Of a stretch of 64,000 nucleotides of DNA, positions 12,626-25,095 are shown one piece after another. Location of the stretch: the NCBI RefSeq assembly GCF_001194135.2, contig NC_068993.1, positions 25,827,920 through 25,891,919 of the forward strand, read 5' to 3'. Made by a program: the position numbers and the translations under genes. The notes under the pieces are model-generated. The model saw only the letters and a list, made by a program, of their open reading frames with translations. It ran no database searches and was not told the origin of the DNA. Position 1 is the stretch's first letter; every line of letters begins with the position of its first letter. The DNA comes from Octopus bimaculoides. Taxonomy: Eukaryota.

Positions 12626-13490
12626 CCTTCAGGTAAATGACCTTGCTCAATCTGTAGAAAAGGTGTAGGTAGAAATTCCATAAGATGTACCCAGTGTAAG
12701 CCATAGACACATAAGAGGTTCAGCAATATCAGAAGAAGGTTAATGGGGAAAATAGCCTTTGTGTGTGGAAGATGCACAGGTACAATAAACACTGAAAATG
12801 TACAGAGAATAGACTCCATCAACTGCCAGGTGGGTAAGCTAGAAGTAGCAGATAGCTTCTGTTATCTAGGTGACCAAGTTAGTAGCAGAGGTGGATGGTC
12901 CAAGAGTATGGCTGTGAGAATAAGAATAGACTGGGCAAAGTTCAGAGAGCTCCTGCTTCTGCTGGCAACAAAGGGCCTCTCCCTCAGAGCGAAAGGCAGA
13001 TAGTCTGATTCCTGTGTGTATACAGTTATGCTAAACAGCAGTGAAACATGAGCTATGACAGCTAAGGACATGCACAGGCTTGAAAGAAATGAAGCCAGTA
13101 TGCTTTGCTTGAAGTGCAATGTCAGTGTGCATGTATGACAGAATGTAAGCAGCTTGAGAGAAAAGTTGGGCATATGAGGTATCAGATGTGGTGTGCAAGA
13201 GAGACGATTGTGCTGATATGGTCATGTGATGCATATGGATGAGGACAGCTGTGTAAAGAAGTATCGCTCTCTAACTGTAGACGGAACCTGTGGTAATGTA
13301 GACCAGACCCAGAAAGACATGGTACAAGGTGGTGAAGCATGATCTTTGCACTCTGGGCCTCACAGAGGTAATGAGTAGTGACCAGGACCTTTGGTGATAT
13401 GCCATGCTTGAGAAGACCTGTCAAGCCAAGTGAAATCATAGTCATGGCTGATGCTGGTGTCACATAACTGGCACATGAAAAGCTCCTTTC
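12626..13490 (+). mobile_element. RTE-clade LINE, 3' part of ORF2 with PHD-like Zn finger
   Basis: PCSICRKGVGRNSIRCTQCK..THKRFS..FVCGRCTG..ADSFCYLGD..WAKFRELL..LSLRAKGR; stops and frameshifts. Confidence 0.9.
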
Positions 13491-13787
13491 AAGTGCTGTT
13501 GAGAAAGAGGTAAATCAACACACCCATAACACCAAAGATTCTTTGAAAGCTGCCATAGTCAGAGTAATGTCCAAAATGAACCAGGACCACTTGATTTGAG
13601 CATGGAGATGATTTAGATCTCAGAGAAGCAGTTGTTGAAGCTGAAAGTGGGTTTATTGAATAACATTATAGAAAAGAAGGTTTATTTTTTATCCTCATAG
13701 CATTTTTTGATAAAGTTATTATCTGTTATTACATATCTATTTTTCTATAAACATAAATCTGTCCTTAAATATCTTATGCACCCTGTA
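13490..13787 (+). mobile_element. maT/DD37D-like Tc1-mariner 3' end
   Basis: VEKEVNQHTHNTKDSLKAAIVRVMSKMNQD..AVVEAESGFIE*; ends in cttatgcaccctg|ta (TIR cagggtgcataag plus TA). Confidence 0.75.
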
Positions 13788-13788
13788 T

Positions 13789-13819
<31 letters not shown>

Positions 13820-13825
13820 ATCTGT

Positions 13826-14200
13826 CTGGCTTCCGTGCCAGTAGCACGTAAATAGCACCATTTGAGTGTGATTGTTACCAGCGTTGCCTTACTGGCACAT
13901 TAGAAAACATTCGAGTGAGGTCATTGCCAGTGCCGCTGGACTGGCTCCTGTGCTGGTGGCATGCAAAAAATACCCTTTTGAGCATGGCCATTGCCAGTAC
14001 CGCCTGACTGGCCCTCGTGCTGGTGGCACGTAAAAGCACCCACTACACTCTCGGAGTGGTTGGCGTTAGGAAGGGCATCCAGCTGTAGAAACTCTGCCAG
14101 ATCAGATTGAAACCTGGTGCAGCCATCCAGTTCACCAGTCCTCAGTCAAATCGTCCAGCCCATGCTAGCATGGAAAGCGGATGTTAAACGATGATGATGA
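13826..14200 (+). mobile_element. SINE family C, near full length
   Basis: tggcttccgtgcc..gcacgtaaaagcaccc..gagtggttggcgttaggaagggcatccagc..catgctagcatggaaagcggatgttaaacg(atg)n. Confidence 0.85.
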
Positions 14201-15717
14201 TGATACATATATATATATTTATATATACAGATACACATACATATATACATTACATACACACACAGAAACATGTGCGCACGAGCACACACACACACACACA
14301 CGCACACACACACACATATATATTTGTCAGGTTACAACAAAATTATCCTAGCATTCAAAGAAGAGACCATCGTGTTGTATCACCTGAAGCTACCTTTCTG
14401 CCAGTTCTTTGATTTCATGCTGGTACCAGTTCTTGTTTTTCAAGGCAAAGAATTCCTTCATGGCAGCTTCTACCTTCCATCTTCACTTGGTTAAGGAAGT
14501 ATCATGAGCACAAGAAGTGAGCCATGGATCAGAACAAGTAATAATCCAAGGAAGCTAGGTTCAGACTATATACTGTGTGTGGCATCAGTTCAATTCCTTC
14601 AAGTTCCTGGAATGTATTCTGGGTTATTCAAGTGACATATTGTCTTGCTGCAGAAGAACTCACCTTCTGATAGGCTAGCCTGATAGACCCTGCTATGTCA
14701 AGATGGACTTATATATTCTTCCTCTGCTCTCTCCCACTTGGTTTTAATATGTTGCCACATTTGTAATATGCCTTTTTTCTACATTTTTTCGTGCAGCTGA
14801 AGATTGCTCTTCATATTGCATTTAAGGTAATGCTCACATTACTTAAATAAATTGAAGTAGCATGAAACGTGCGTACTGCANNNNNNNNNNNNNNNNNNNN
14901 NNNNNNNNNNNNNNNNNNNNNNNNNNNNNNNNNNNNNNNNNNNNNNNNNNNNNNNNNNNNNNNNNNNNNNNNNNNNNNNNNNNNNNNNNNNNNNNNNNNN
15001 NNNNNNNNNNNNNNNNNNNNNNNNNNNNNNNNNNNNNNNNNNNNNNNNNNNNNNNNNNNNNNNNNNNNNNNNNNATATATTATATATATATATATATATA
15101 AACACACACATCAGTGTTGTTTTCCATGCTTTGCTTGCAGAAGTCACATGAAATTTGTCGAGGCAGACTCTCTACAACCAGATACTCTTTCTGTTGCCAA
15201 CTTTCACCTATTTCTAAGCAAGGTAATATTTCTTCATGGTCTGATGTCACTATGATTTAGCATCAGTGGTTACTGAAAAAGGAGGGACAGAGTGGTAAGA
15301 GCATAGAGAGGATCAAGGCTATCCCACATTATAACAACAAGTATGGGTAAGAAGTTTAGGAGGAAGGGAACATGAAAACAAAAAAAAAAAAAGAAAAAAT
15401 AGATGAGCATGATGAGTTCCTAGAGAGAGTCATTGAAAGAGTAGCATGGGAGTTGTGGAGGATAAGCCAAAGAGACCAGAGGTTGTTGAGGTAAGAGAAA
15501 ACCTGTTTGGGGAGAATAGTGCGAGAAAAAGAAGCAAAGAGGGAGAGATGGCAGGCAGTGGGTAAGAGAACAAGCATCACAAGTGGTGAGACAAGAGATA
15601 TGAATAATAAGGTGGAGACTGAAGTGAGCAGAGAGCCGGAAGAGAGAAGATGAGTACAGGTAGAGTGATGAGGATGGTTCAGTACAGTCTTTCATATAGA
15701 GGTGCAGGCATGGCATA

Positions 15718-16132
15718 GGTGCAGGTGTGGCTGTGTGGTAAGAAATTTGCTTCCCAACCACATGGTTCCAAGTTCAGTGCCATCTGTGTGGCACCTTGGG
15801 CAAGTGACTTCTACTATGGCATCAGGCCAACCAAAGCCTTATGAGTGGATTTGGTAGACGGAAACTAAAAGAAGCCTATTGCGTGCATGTGTGTGTGTGC
15901 ATGTGTGTGTGCATGTGTTTTTGTATCTGTGTTTGTCCTCCACCACTTGACAACAGGTGTTGGTGTGTTTACATCCCTGTAACTTAGTGATTCAGCATAA
16001 AGAACCAATAAAATAAGTATCAGGCTTAGAAAAAGAAAATTAGTACTGGCATTGATTAGTTCAGCTAAAATTCCTCATGGTGGTGCCCCAGTATGGCCAT
16101 AGTCTAATGGCTGAAACAAGTAAAAGATAAAA
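15718..16132 (+). mobile_element. tRNA-derived SINE family B (CORE-like box, internal (GT)n)
   Basis: tggctgtgtggtaagaa..ccaaccacatggttcc..ggcaccttgggcaagtg..gtttacatcc..aagtaaaagata. Confidence 0.85.
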
Positions 16133-16329
16133 CCTAGTCATGGTATGGTGGTGGTGGTGGTAACCATTCATCGTTTGTGAGCTTCATAAGTGATGGGGAG
16201 ATAAGAGGTAGGAGGTTATGAATGATCGTAGAATGAAATGATGGACATGAATGGGGAAAATGCGTGAAAGAGAGGAGGTAAACAGTCAGTGAACAAGAGA
16301 AGGGTCGTGGATACACAGGGTAGCAGTAT

Positions 16330-16600
16330 GTGTGTGTGTGTGCATGCACATATCCATCCATACACAATGCATATATTCATACACTACCTGCATATACATA
16401 CATGAATACAATACATACATACATCCATACACACGTACAATACATATACATACATGCATACATACATATATACACATGCACAAATACATATAATACATAC
16501 TTATATGTACATGTATGCATACATACAAATGTCATACATACATACATAAATACATACATGCATACATACATTCATGCATGCATACATACATATGTTAACT
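16330..16600. repeat. degenerate (ACAT)n/(CA)n microsatellite
   Basis: Direct inspection; source of several spurious H/T/Y and M/Y/V ORFs. Confidence 0.9.
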
Positions 16601-17597
16601 GTACATCAGTAGCCCTGTATATACCAATGCATTACAATGTTTACCTTCTGTATCTGAATAAGGTCACTACTTTTGCCAGTTTATGGAAACATCTATACAT
16701 TTAAGTGCCTGCTTTTAACTTTTCTATTATTCACCACTGAGAGATGTGATGGTATGTTGATGTTTACCACTGTTTTTAAAATATTGGCGAGTTGAAAAAT
16801 ATCTCTCTTCTAGGATTAAATAACAACTAAAGCAGGTTTATATTTTTTTTCCTTTAATTTAAAGTATCATTTGAATTCAGTACAACTTATTAACACTATT
16901 CCTTGAAAATTCCAGCAGTAAAATATACTTTCTTGTGGTTCCTATCTCCAATGAATTATATAAAGTTTTTATCAAAAAGAAACAGGCCAAAGTGAGATGA
17001 AGCTCGATATCAATAACAAAACGAGATATCAACCCTTTTTCAACCTATCATTGTACAGATTTAGAAAGCTGTGACTTAATAGAAAGGATACAGACTGAAA
17101 TTGTTACCAGCTGAAATACAAAGAACTTTATAGTTCAAAGATTTGACTAACATTTGTGAAATACAAATATATTTGAAGTTTGCTGAAAAAGTATAAAACA
17201 TATTTTGCCAAGTTTTAGCACCAGTTCATAAAACTTGGCATCTCTCTGAGATTTTAGTGTTTTGTTAAAAAGCAATTAAGGAGTTTAGCGTAGAGGGCCA
17301 ACATGTGATGTGGTACTGAAGGTGCCATAAAAACATGCTTTAACATCCTAGTCTCTTTACTGAACAAAGACACCAAAGAGATAATAGCTGGAACATTGCA
17401 GAGGTTTTGAATTTAAAACAACATCAAAGAAAGATAACTTTGGATTGCTACCAATAGTGACTATGATTCATTCAATGTGGAAATATTTTGAAATGTAATA
17501 AATAAAGAATGACTATGGAGAACAACCACCCTATTAAGATAAAGCTGGTTTTGTTCAGTTTTTAATCAATAAATGTACTTGGTGAAATTAGTTTTAC

Positions 17598-17723
17598 CTA
17601 AACAAGAAAATCCGTCAGCAGCAATTGTATATGCGTCTTTTGGGCAAGTGCATTTGAAAGATCCAAACAGGTTTACACATCCCATACTGCAGCCACCATT
17701 ATTCGATTCGCACTCATTGATAT
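17598..17723 (-). CDS. cbEGF exon 4
   Basis: ttttcttttgaag|AT ATC AAT GAG TGC ... TGT TTA G|gtaaaa; 126 nt, phase 1-1; DINECESNNGGCSMGCVNLFGSFKCTCPKDAYTIAADGFSCL. Confidence 0.95.
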
Positions 17724-17987
17724 CTTCAAAAGAAAATAAAAATAATAATAACAACAATAATGATAATAGCAATAATAATAACAACAGCAAAATAAAAACA
17801 AGATATAAAAATGTATAAGCAACAGACCAGAACACATTTCAGCAGTGAATGCAAGACATTTCAATAGAAAAATGGCAAAACTACAATTCTAAGGGTCTGG
17901 CAATGTGACTAGATATGTTCCAGAAAACTGTTCAAGTATTTAGCATATTGATTTTATCATTACAACATTGAATGCACAAGGGAAGGT

Positions 17988-18027
<40 letters not shown>

Positions 18028-19149
18028 GAAAGAAGTAAGAGGAAGGTAGGAAGGAAAAGAGAACTATATCAAAGAAATTCCTGGCAAAGATCATTGGTTG
18101 AACTTTGTCATTTAGGGAAGATACGATTACCAATATTCAAGGAATCTGCTATTAGCCACTGATGCCAGCAGGTTTTTATGTACTGTTAATAAGTGACAGT
18201 ATAAAAATGATTATATTAACTATATAAAATCATGATTTATGTGTTATATACACCGTTAAAATGTACTTTACAAAATGGCTGTTCTCTATGAATAAAAATA
18301 TTTTCTTGTAACATAGAAGCAAAATATGTTATCTGTTAGCAGATTTATAGGCTCTTCTTCACTTCTTCCAGTCATACAATCTGCTGTTCATATATTCTGC
18401 CTCTCCTATGAATTCAACCTCCTAAATCTAAGACTCCAAGTGGAGGGTCGATGTAGATAGAGTCTCAGTTTGTGATGAGCATAGCAACTTAGTTGGCTTT
18501 AGCTACTCAAGCTCAACATTGTTTTCCTTCCTACTGATAATATATTTAACATTAGTCTTTAGTATCACTAGTTAGAAATATAACTTTAAACTACCAATAT
18601 CATATCACCAACACTACCACGACGACCATCACACCACCATCAGACATCATCCTGACATTTTCTGACTCACAACAAACTCTAATCCACTGAACAATACTTC
18701 TGTCACATTGAAAATAGTGAAGTTCCTTCAATGACCAACATCCTGTTCAGCAGTCAGAATAAAGTCAGAACTTTGATTAATAAACTATCTTACAGGAAGA
18801 TCTTTAAACTTTAGTTCATTATCGCATTACACCTTCCCTCTATCCACCTCATACCATTTTAATGGAATCACTTCTCTTTCAACTAATAACATGCATTATA
18901 ATGTGTTTCTTTCACTAAACCAATCACACAAAGATTACAAGCAACCCTTTATGTTGGAGAATGTTGCCCTTTAAAAATCCATTCTCCCCCTCACAATACA
19001 CTAAGGTATTTCAAACCTCAACATCAATATTATTCATGCTTCCCTCAAAGAACCTGAACACTATGAATTTTGTTCTTTTATCTTTGAAACAATACAAAAA
19101 TATAATCAACATCATAATCATTGCTTCTCTTACCAGCAGAAAAAAAACT

Positions 19150-19535
19150 GGCTACAGGAGTGGCTGTATGGTAAGGAAGTTTACTTCCCAACCACATGGT
19201 TCCAGGTTCAGTCCCACAACATGGCTCCTTCGGGAAGTGTTTTCTAGTATAGACTCAGGCCAATCAAAGCCTTGTGAGGGGATTTGATAGATGGAAACTG
19301 AAAGAAGCTTGTCATATGTGTGTGTGTGTCTTTGTGTCTGTGTTTGTCCCCCACCACTGCTTGACAACTGGTGTTGGTTTGTTTATGTCCCCATAACTTA
19401 GCATTTGGTAAAACAGACCAATAGAATAAGTACAAGGCTTAAAAAAAAAGTACTGGGATTGACTCATCCAACTAAATTTCTTCAAGGCAGTGCCCCAACA
19501 TGGCCACAGTTTACTGACTGAAACAAATGAAAGAA
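19150..19535 (+). mobile_element. SINE family B
   Basis: Same head, core and tail as 15718-16132. Confidence 0.85.
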
Positions 19536-19746
19536 TATCTAGATACTAAAGTTAACTTTTTTACATACAATGGCCTGACCATCACCACCAAAGCTTGAAA
19601 TAATTAGCTGCAGATTAACAATCAGCTCTAATGTCTGTTTCAGAAGTTTCCTTGCATGTTCAAATAATACTCTATCATGACTGTAGTTGAGTATACAACC
19701 TGAATCATGCAACAGAAGAAGAAGAAGTTGTCCTCGTCGTCATCGG

Positions 19747-19778
<32 letters not shown>

Positions 19779-20626
19779 CCACTGCCGCCAGTACTATCAC
19801 TGCTACTGTTACTGTTGCTGTTGAGCAGCATCAGGTTTGCACTGATTGAGAAGACTTGTCCTCAAAAGGAGTCTAGTCATGACTGTACCATCTAACATCC
19901 CAGCATCATACACCTCATGCTATATTATCAAATATAGACTTTAAAATCAGTCTTAAAGATGATAAGGTGTTATTTAAGAAAAATTTGGTTGCTATTTCTA
20001 GCCTGTTGAACATCTACCAAAGCATCTCCTTGTGAACTCCTCACTTGTTCAAAACCTGGTTTGGGGAAATTTCTTCCTCAAGTTTGTTGTACACTTGAAC
20101 ACAGCTTCCTACCATTGTGAGACTATTGAATATGTATGGACATCTGCTGAATAGTCCCCTTATCATTGTGTCACTATTCAGTGCTTATGCACATCTGTTT
20201 GTGTAGGATATTTATTTGTACATGGTCATCTGTTTAAAACTCCTTACCAATTTTAGTGGGGTAACTCAATGCAGAAAGGCATCTGTTTTTTTCATTAATG
20301 CAGCCAAGTTATGTGATCTCATTCTAATGTATTGTCATCTTTAGCTTTGCATTGTATGTATTATTACATTATTCCTCCTCTATATGCATTATCCTGCATC
20401 ATAATTGCATTATACATTATTACTACAGTATGTTATTAGTTGGTTTTTATAATCATACTGTATATCTATATATTTATCATATACGAAATGTATGAATTGT
20501 TTTTTTACCATTTGGCAATACCTACCATATACATATACACCACGTGCGCACATGCACATATATACACACACACATACACACACACACACATACATACACA
20601 CATACACACACACACACACACACATA

Positions 20627-21566
20627 AATGAGGGGAAGTCAAAAATTATCTGCACTCTCACCATAATATATCTTTATTATTGTCACACTGCCTTCTGTGC
20701 ATGCGTGCTTATAGTTGGTACTATTGTGGTCACATGATAGAAGATTGAGCCTTATCATGTCATTTTTCTATCTGGCTTTACAGTGAAAGCATGGCCACTC
20801 CACTAGCAATGTGCACCAATGAAGAACAAAGATCAGTGATCCAATTTCTCTGGTCGGAAAGTGTGTCATGTACTGAAATTCATCAGAGGCTTTTAGCACA
20901 ATTGGTTAATGGTTTCAACGGTCTGGGCTTTGGTGTTTGGTGCAAATAGCTGGCTTCAGTTTGTTGGCCAGCAAAGCACTGTATCTTTCCAGGTAGTCTT
21001 CCAGTATAGGTCCTTTTGAGTCCCAAAAATGGGTTAGCATCACCTTTCCTACAGAAGACTGAGTCTTGAATTTCTTTGTTGCTGGCAAGCCAGGATGTTT
21101 CCACACCATACTCTAGGTTTTAGCTTCTGCCTCATAACGATGGACCCACGTTGCATATCCTGTGACTATTCTGCTTAAAAATTCCTCACCCTCATTGTTG
21201 TAGTGATTGAATAAATGTTGGCAAACCTCAAGATGTTTGCACTTGTGCTCTGCAGTAAGCTCTCTTGGCATCCATCTTGCACAGACTTTATGGAAGTTGA
21301 GCTCATCGTGGATGATTTTCAGCCCTTGATACATTTTCCAACCAGAGAAATCAGATCACTGATCTTTGTTCTCCTTTGATGCACATTGCTAGTGGAGCAG
21401 CCATGCTTATACTGTAAAGCCAGAAAGAAAATTGGTGCAATCGGACTCAAACTTCGATCACATGACCACAATAGTACCAACTATAAGTATACATGTGCAG
21501 AAGGCAGTGTGACAATAATAAAGATATGTTATGGCGAAAGTGTGGATAATTTTTGACTTCTCATTG
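20627..21566. mobile_element. fold-back mariner derivative with two 5' ends
   Basis: Arms 20627-20868 (+) and 21327-21566 (-) each carry TIR, 5'UTR and MA[TA]PLAMC..EQRSVI.FLW. The middle, minus strand, reads HKVCARWMPRELT..IVTGYATWVHRYE..KVMLTHFWDSKG. TA at 20625-26 and 21567-68. Confidence 0.9.
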
Positions 21567-21574
21567 TATACTCT

Positions 21575-21955
21575 TTATTCTCTCTTTTACTCTTTTACTT
21601 GCTTCAGTCATTTGACTGCAGCCATGCTGGAGCACCACCTTTATAGTCAAGCAAATCAATCCCAGAGCTTATTCTTTGTAAGCCTAGTACTTATTCTATC
21701 AGTCTCTTTTGCCGAACTGCTAAGTTACGGGGACGTAAACGCACCAGCATCGGTTGTCAAGCAATGCTGGGGGGGACAAACATATACACACACATACATA
21801 TATATATACATATACGACGGGCTTCTTCCAGTTTCCGTCTACCAAATCCACTCACAAGGCTTTGGTTGGCCCAAGGCTATAGGAGAAGACATTTGCTCAA
21901 GGTGCCACGCAGTGGGACTGAACCCGGGACCAGGTGGCTGGTAAGCAAGCCACTC
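21575..21955 (-). mobile_element. SINE family B
   Basis: Reverse complement of family B; head at ~21950 (gagtggcttgcttaccagccacctggtcccgggttcagtccc). Confidence 0.85.
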
Positions 21956-22482
21956 CTGTTATATATTTATATATATATATATACACACACACACATATAT
22001 ATATAAATATCTAATATAATAAATGTGAAAACTAATTTCTGTGTCAGTGTGTCACATTTAGATCCCCTCTTTCACTATTCAATGATACTCCTACTATTTC
22101 TCATGATGGAGTGAGAGTAGGCATTGAGACAGTGAGGGTGGTAGCAAAGACAGAGAAAGAGAGAAAGAAAAAGAGAGGGAGAGAAAGAAAAAGAGAGAGA
22201 AAGGGAGTTAATGATGTTTTATTACAAGTAGAAGTGTTGATGGTGGCAGTGAGAGTAATAATAAAAGAGAGAGAAAGAGTGAGTATGTGAGAGAAAGAGG
22301 GAGATGATGTACAACTTTGTTTAACCATGTCTCTTTGACAGAAATTCCTATCGCAAACATATTGAACACTATCATTTTTGTTTTATTTTTTGCTTTCTTT
22401 AATACATATATATACATAGACACCCACACACATATATAAGATACACTTTAATTGAAATAAAGTTTCCCCAAAATCAAATATA

Positions 22483-23312
22483 TCTAATATAATAAATGTG
22501 AATGTTACTGTGTTACACTTTTTCAACTTTAATAATTCCTTTCTACTGGAAGCACAAGGCCTCAAATTTTGGGGTAAGGGATTAAGTCGAATACATCAAC
22601 CTCAGTATATAACTGGTACTAATTCTATCGATCCCAAAAGGATGAAAGGCAAAATCAACTTCAGCAGAATTTGAACTCAAAACCTAATGGCAGACGAAAT
22701 ACCACTTGCCCAGCATGCTAACGGTTCTGCCAGCTCGCCGCCTTAATATAATATAATAATATAATATATGATATAATAAATGTGAATGTCAGTGTGTCAC
22801 ACTTTTTCAACTTAACTCCTAGAGGCCTTAGCCCAACATATACCATTTTGGAATCAGGCTGACTCCATGAGTAAGTTAAAAACATTCCAAGCTGAATCTG
22901 GACCCACAATCCTGAAATTTTGGATTTCCAAGTTTTCATTACTGTGATTGTTTTTGGCAATTTTTTTTTTATGTGACTTTTTGCAATAAAATTTTTTGTA
23001 TGATAACAATTATTATAATCTAAAGGTTAACTCTGTGAGTAAATTAAAAACATTTTGGGCCGAATTTGGACCAGAAATCCTGAAATTTTGGGTTCCTATG
23101 TTCTTGTTACTGCGATTGTTTTTGGCAATTTTTTACATGATTTTTTTGCAATAAATATGATCATCATTGGGATATGACTCTGGAAGAAGCAATTGCAAAA
23201 AATTTTCCAAAACAAGTCAGAGATCAGTTTGCAGATCTTCCCATTTAGGGTCAGTTGCTTAAAAGCTACAAGCTAGATTAAAAGCCGTCCTATCGAGCGG
23301 CTTTAAAGCTAG
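22483..23312 (+). mobile_element. probable non-autonomous Helitron (SINE inserted; extra 5' copy at 22010-22060)
   Basis: 5' A|TCTAATATAATAAATGTGAA; 3' hairpin aaagccg-tcctatcgag-cggcttt (23281-23304) then CTAG|T at 23309-23313; internal ~90-bp direct repeats at ~22895 and ~23063. Confidence 0.6.
22537..22744 (-). mobile_element. SINE family A
   Basis: Reverse complement of the aaggcggcgagctggcagaaccgttagc head; core motif present. Confidence 0.85.
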
Positions 23313-23329
23313 TATATCTATCTATCTAT

Positions 23330-24013
23330 CTATATATATATATTTTTATATTATTAATCAAATTATTAACAATATTCTTAGTAAATTAATATTCGAATTT
23401 CTGAAAGATGTATGTTTTATATGACACAATAATCATTTTGAATTATAATTAAAATTAAAAATATACAAAATATAAATGTATATAAAAATATATGAGTACA
23501 TAAATGTATATAAAATTATATGCATAAGTGAGTGTAAATATAATTCGATTAAAATATTATGAAAGTCGAAAATGCATCTTACGATCATTTCACAGATATT
23601 ATTGCCTTTATAATGTAATCTAATATAGACAAGCATATTGGCAATAATTCCGCTCTTCAGAGATGTATAAAGTTATTTTTATATATGTGAAAACGAATGG
23701 TATACATAATAAAATATGCTATAGGCTGATGTTAATTAAAATATTTTAAAATATTAAGAATATTAAAAATATTAAAAATATATTCTGTCCTTTGAGAATT
23801 TGTAAATCCAGTCCATCATATAATTTGGAAAATTCATAGTTTTCCTATGTAGATATTTTATATGATATATAGTTTTTGATATTGGTATATTTTTCAGAAT
23901 ATTTGAGAATCACAATACATTATTAGAGTATATAATTATGAAAGTATTGTAAATTACTAGTATTTGGGTTCAATTATTAAGTGTCTTGATTTAACACGTA
24001 TATATACCTAACA

Positions 24014-24064
<51 letters not shown>

Positions 24065-24896
24065 NNNNNNNNNNNNNNNNNNNNNNNNNNNNNNNNNNNN
24101 NNNNNNNNNNNNNNNNNNNNNNNNNNNNNNNNNNNNNNNNNNNNNNNNNNNNNNNNNNNNNNNNNNNNNNNNNNNNNNNNNNNNNNNNNNNNNNNNNNNN
24201 NNNNNNNNNNNNNNNNNNNNNNNNNNNNNNNNNNNNNNNNNNNNNNNNNNNNNNNNNNNNNNNNNNNNNNNNNNNNNNNNNNNNNNNNNNNNNNNNNNNN
24301 NNNNNNNNNNNNNNNNNNNNNNNNNNNNNNNNNNNNNNNNNNNNNNNNNNNNNNNNNNNNNNNNNNNNNNNNNNNNNNNNNNNNNNNNNNNNNNNNNNNN
24401 NNNNNNNNNNNNNNNNNNNNNNNNNNNNNNNNNNNNNNNNNNNNNNNNNNNNNNNNNNNNNNNNNNNNNNNNNNNNNNNNNNNNNNNNNNNNNNNNNNNN
24501 NNNNNNNNNNNNNNNNNNNNNNNNNNNNNNNNNNNNNNNNNNNNNNNNNNNNNNNNNNNNNNNNNNNNNNNNNNNNNNNNNNNNNNNNNNNNNNNNNNNN
24601 NNNNNNNNNNNNNNNNNNNNNNNNNNNNNNNNNNNNNNNNNNNNNNNNNNNNNNNNNNNNNNNNNNNNNNNNNNNNNNNNNNNNNNNNNNNNNNNNNNNN
24701 NNNNNNNNNNNNATATACATTTATGTACGCATATATTTTTATATACATTTATATTTTGTATATTTTTAATTTTAATTATAATTCAAAATGATTATTGTGT
24801 CATATAAAACATACATCTTTCAGAAATTCAAATATTGATTTCCTAAGAATATTGTTAATAATTTGATTAATAATATAAAAATATATATATATATCT
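23330..24896. repeat. ~180-bp AT-rich inverted repeat (about 23330-23503 and 24713-24896) flanking (TA)n and an N-gap
   Basis: Right arm starts at the gap edge and is the reverse complement of the left arm with about 4 substitutions. Confidence 0.85.
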
Positions 24897-24961
24897 ATTT
24901 GCTCAAAGTAATAGAGCACTTAATATAAGTTCATATATACACATACATATTATATGTGTGG

Positions 24962-25064
24962 TCTGATGAAAGAAAGCTCCGAGTGATCTCTCCTTGTTTT
25001 TTCCTGTCCTTTTTCTATCGTCTAACTGTCTGGATGTTTTGTTGTCGCCTGTTACATTCTTGTT

Positions 25065-25095
<31 letters not shown>

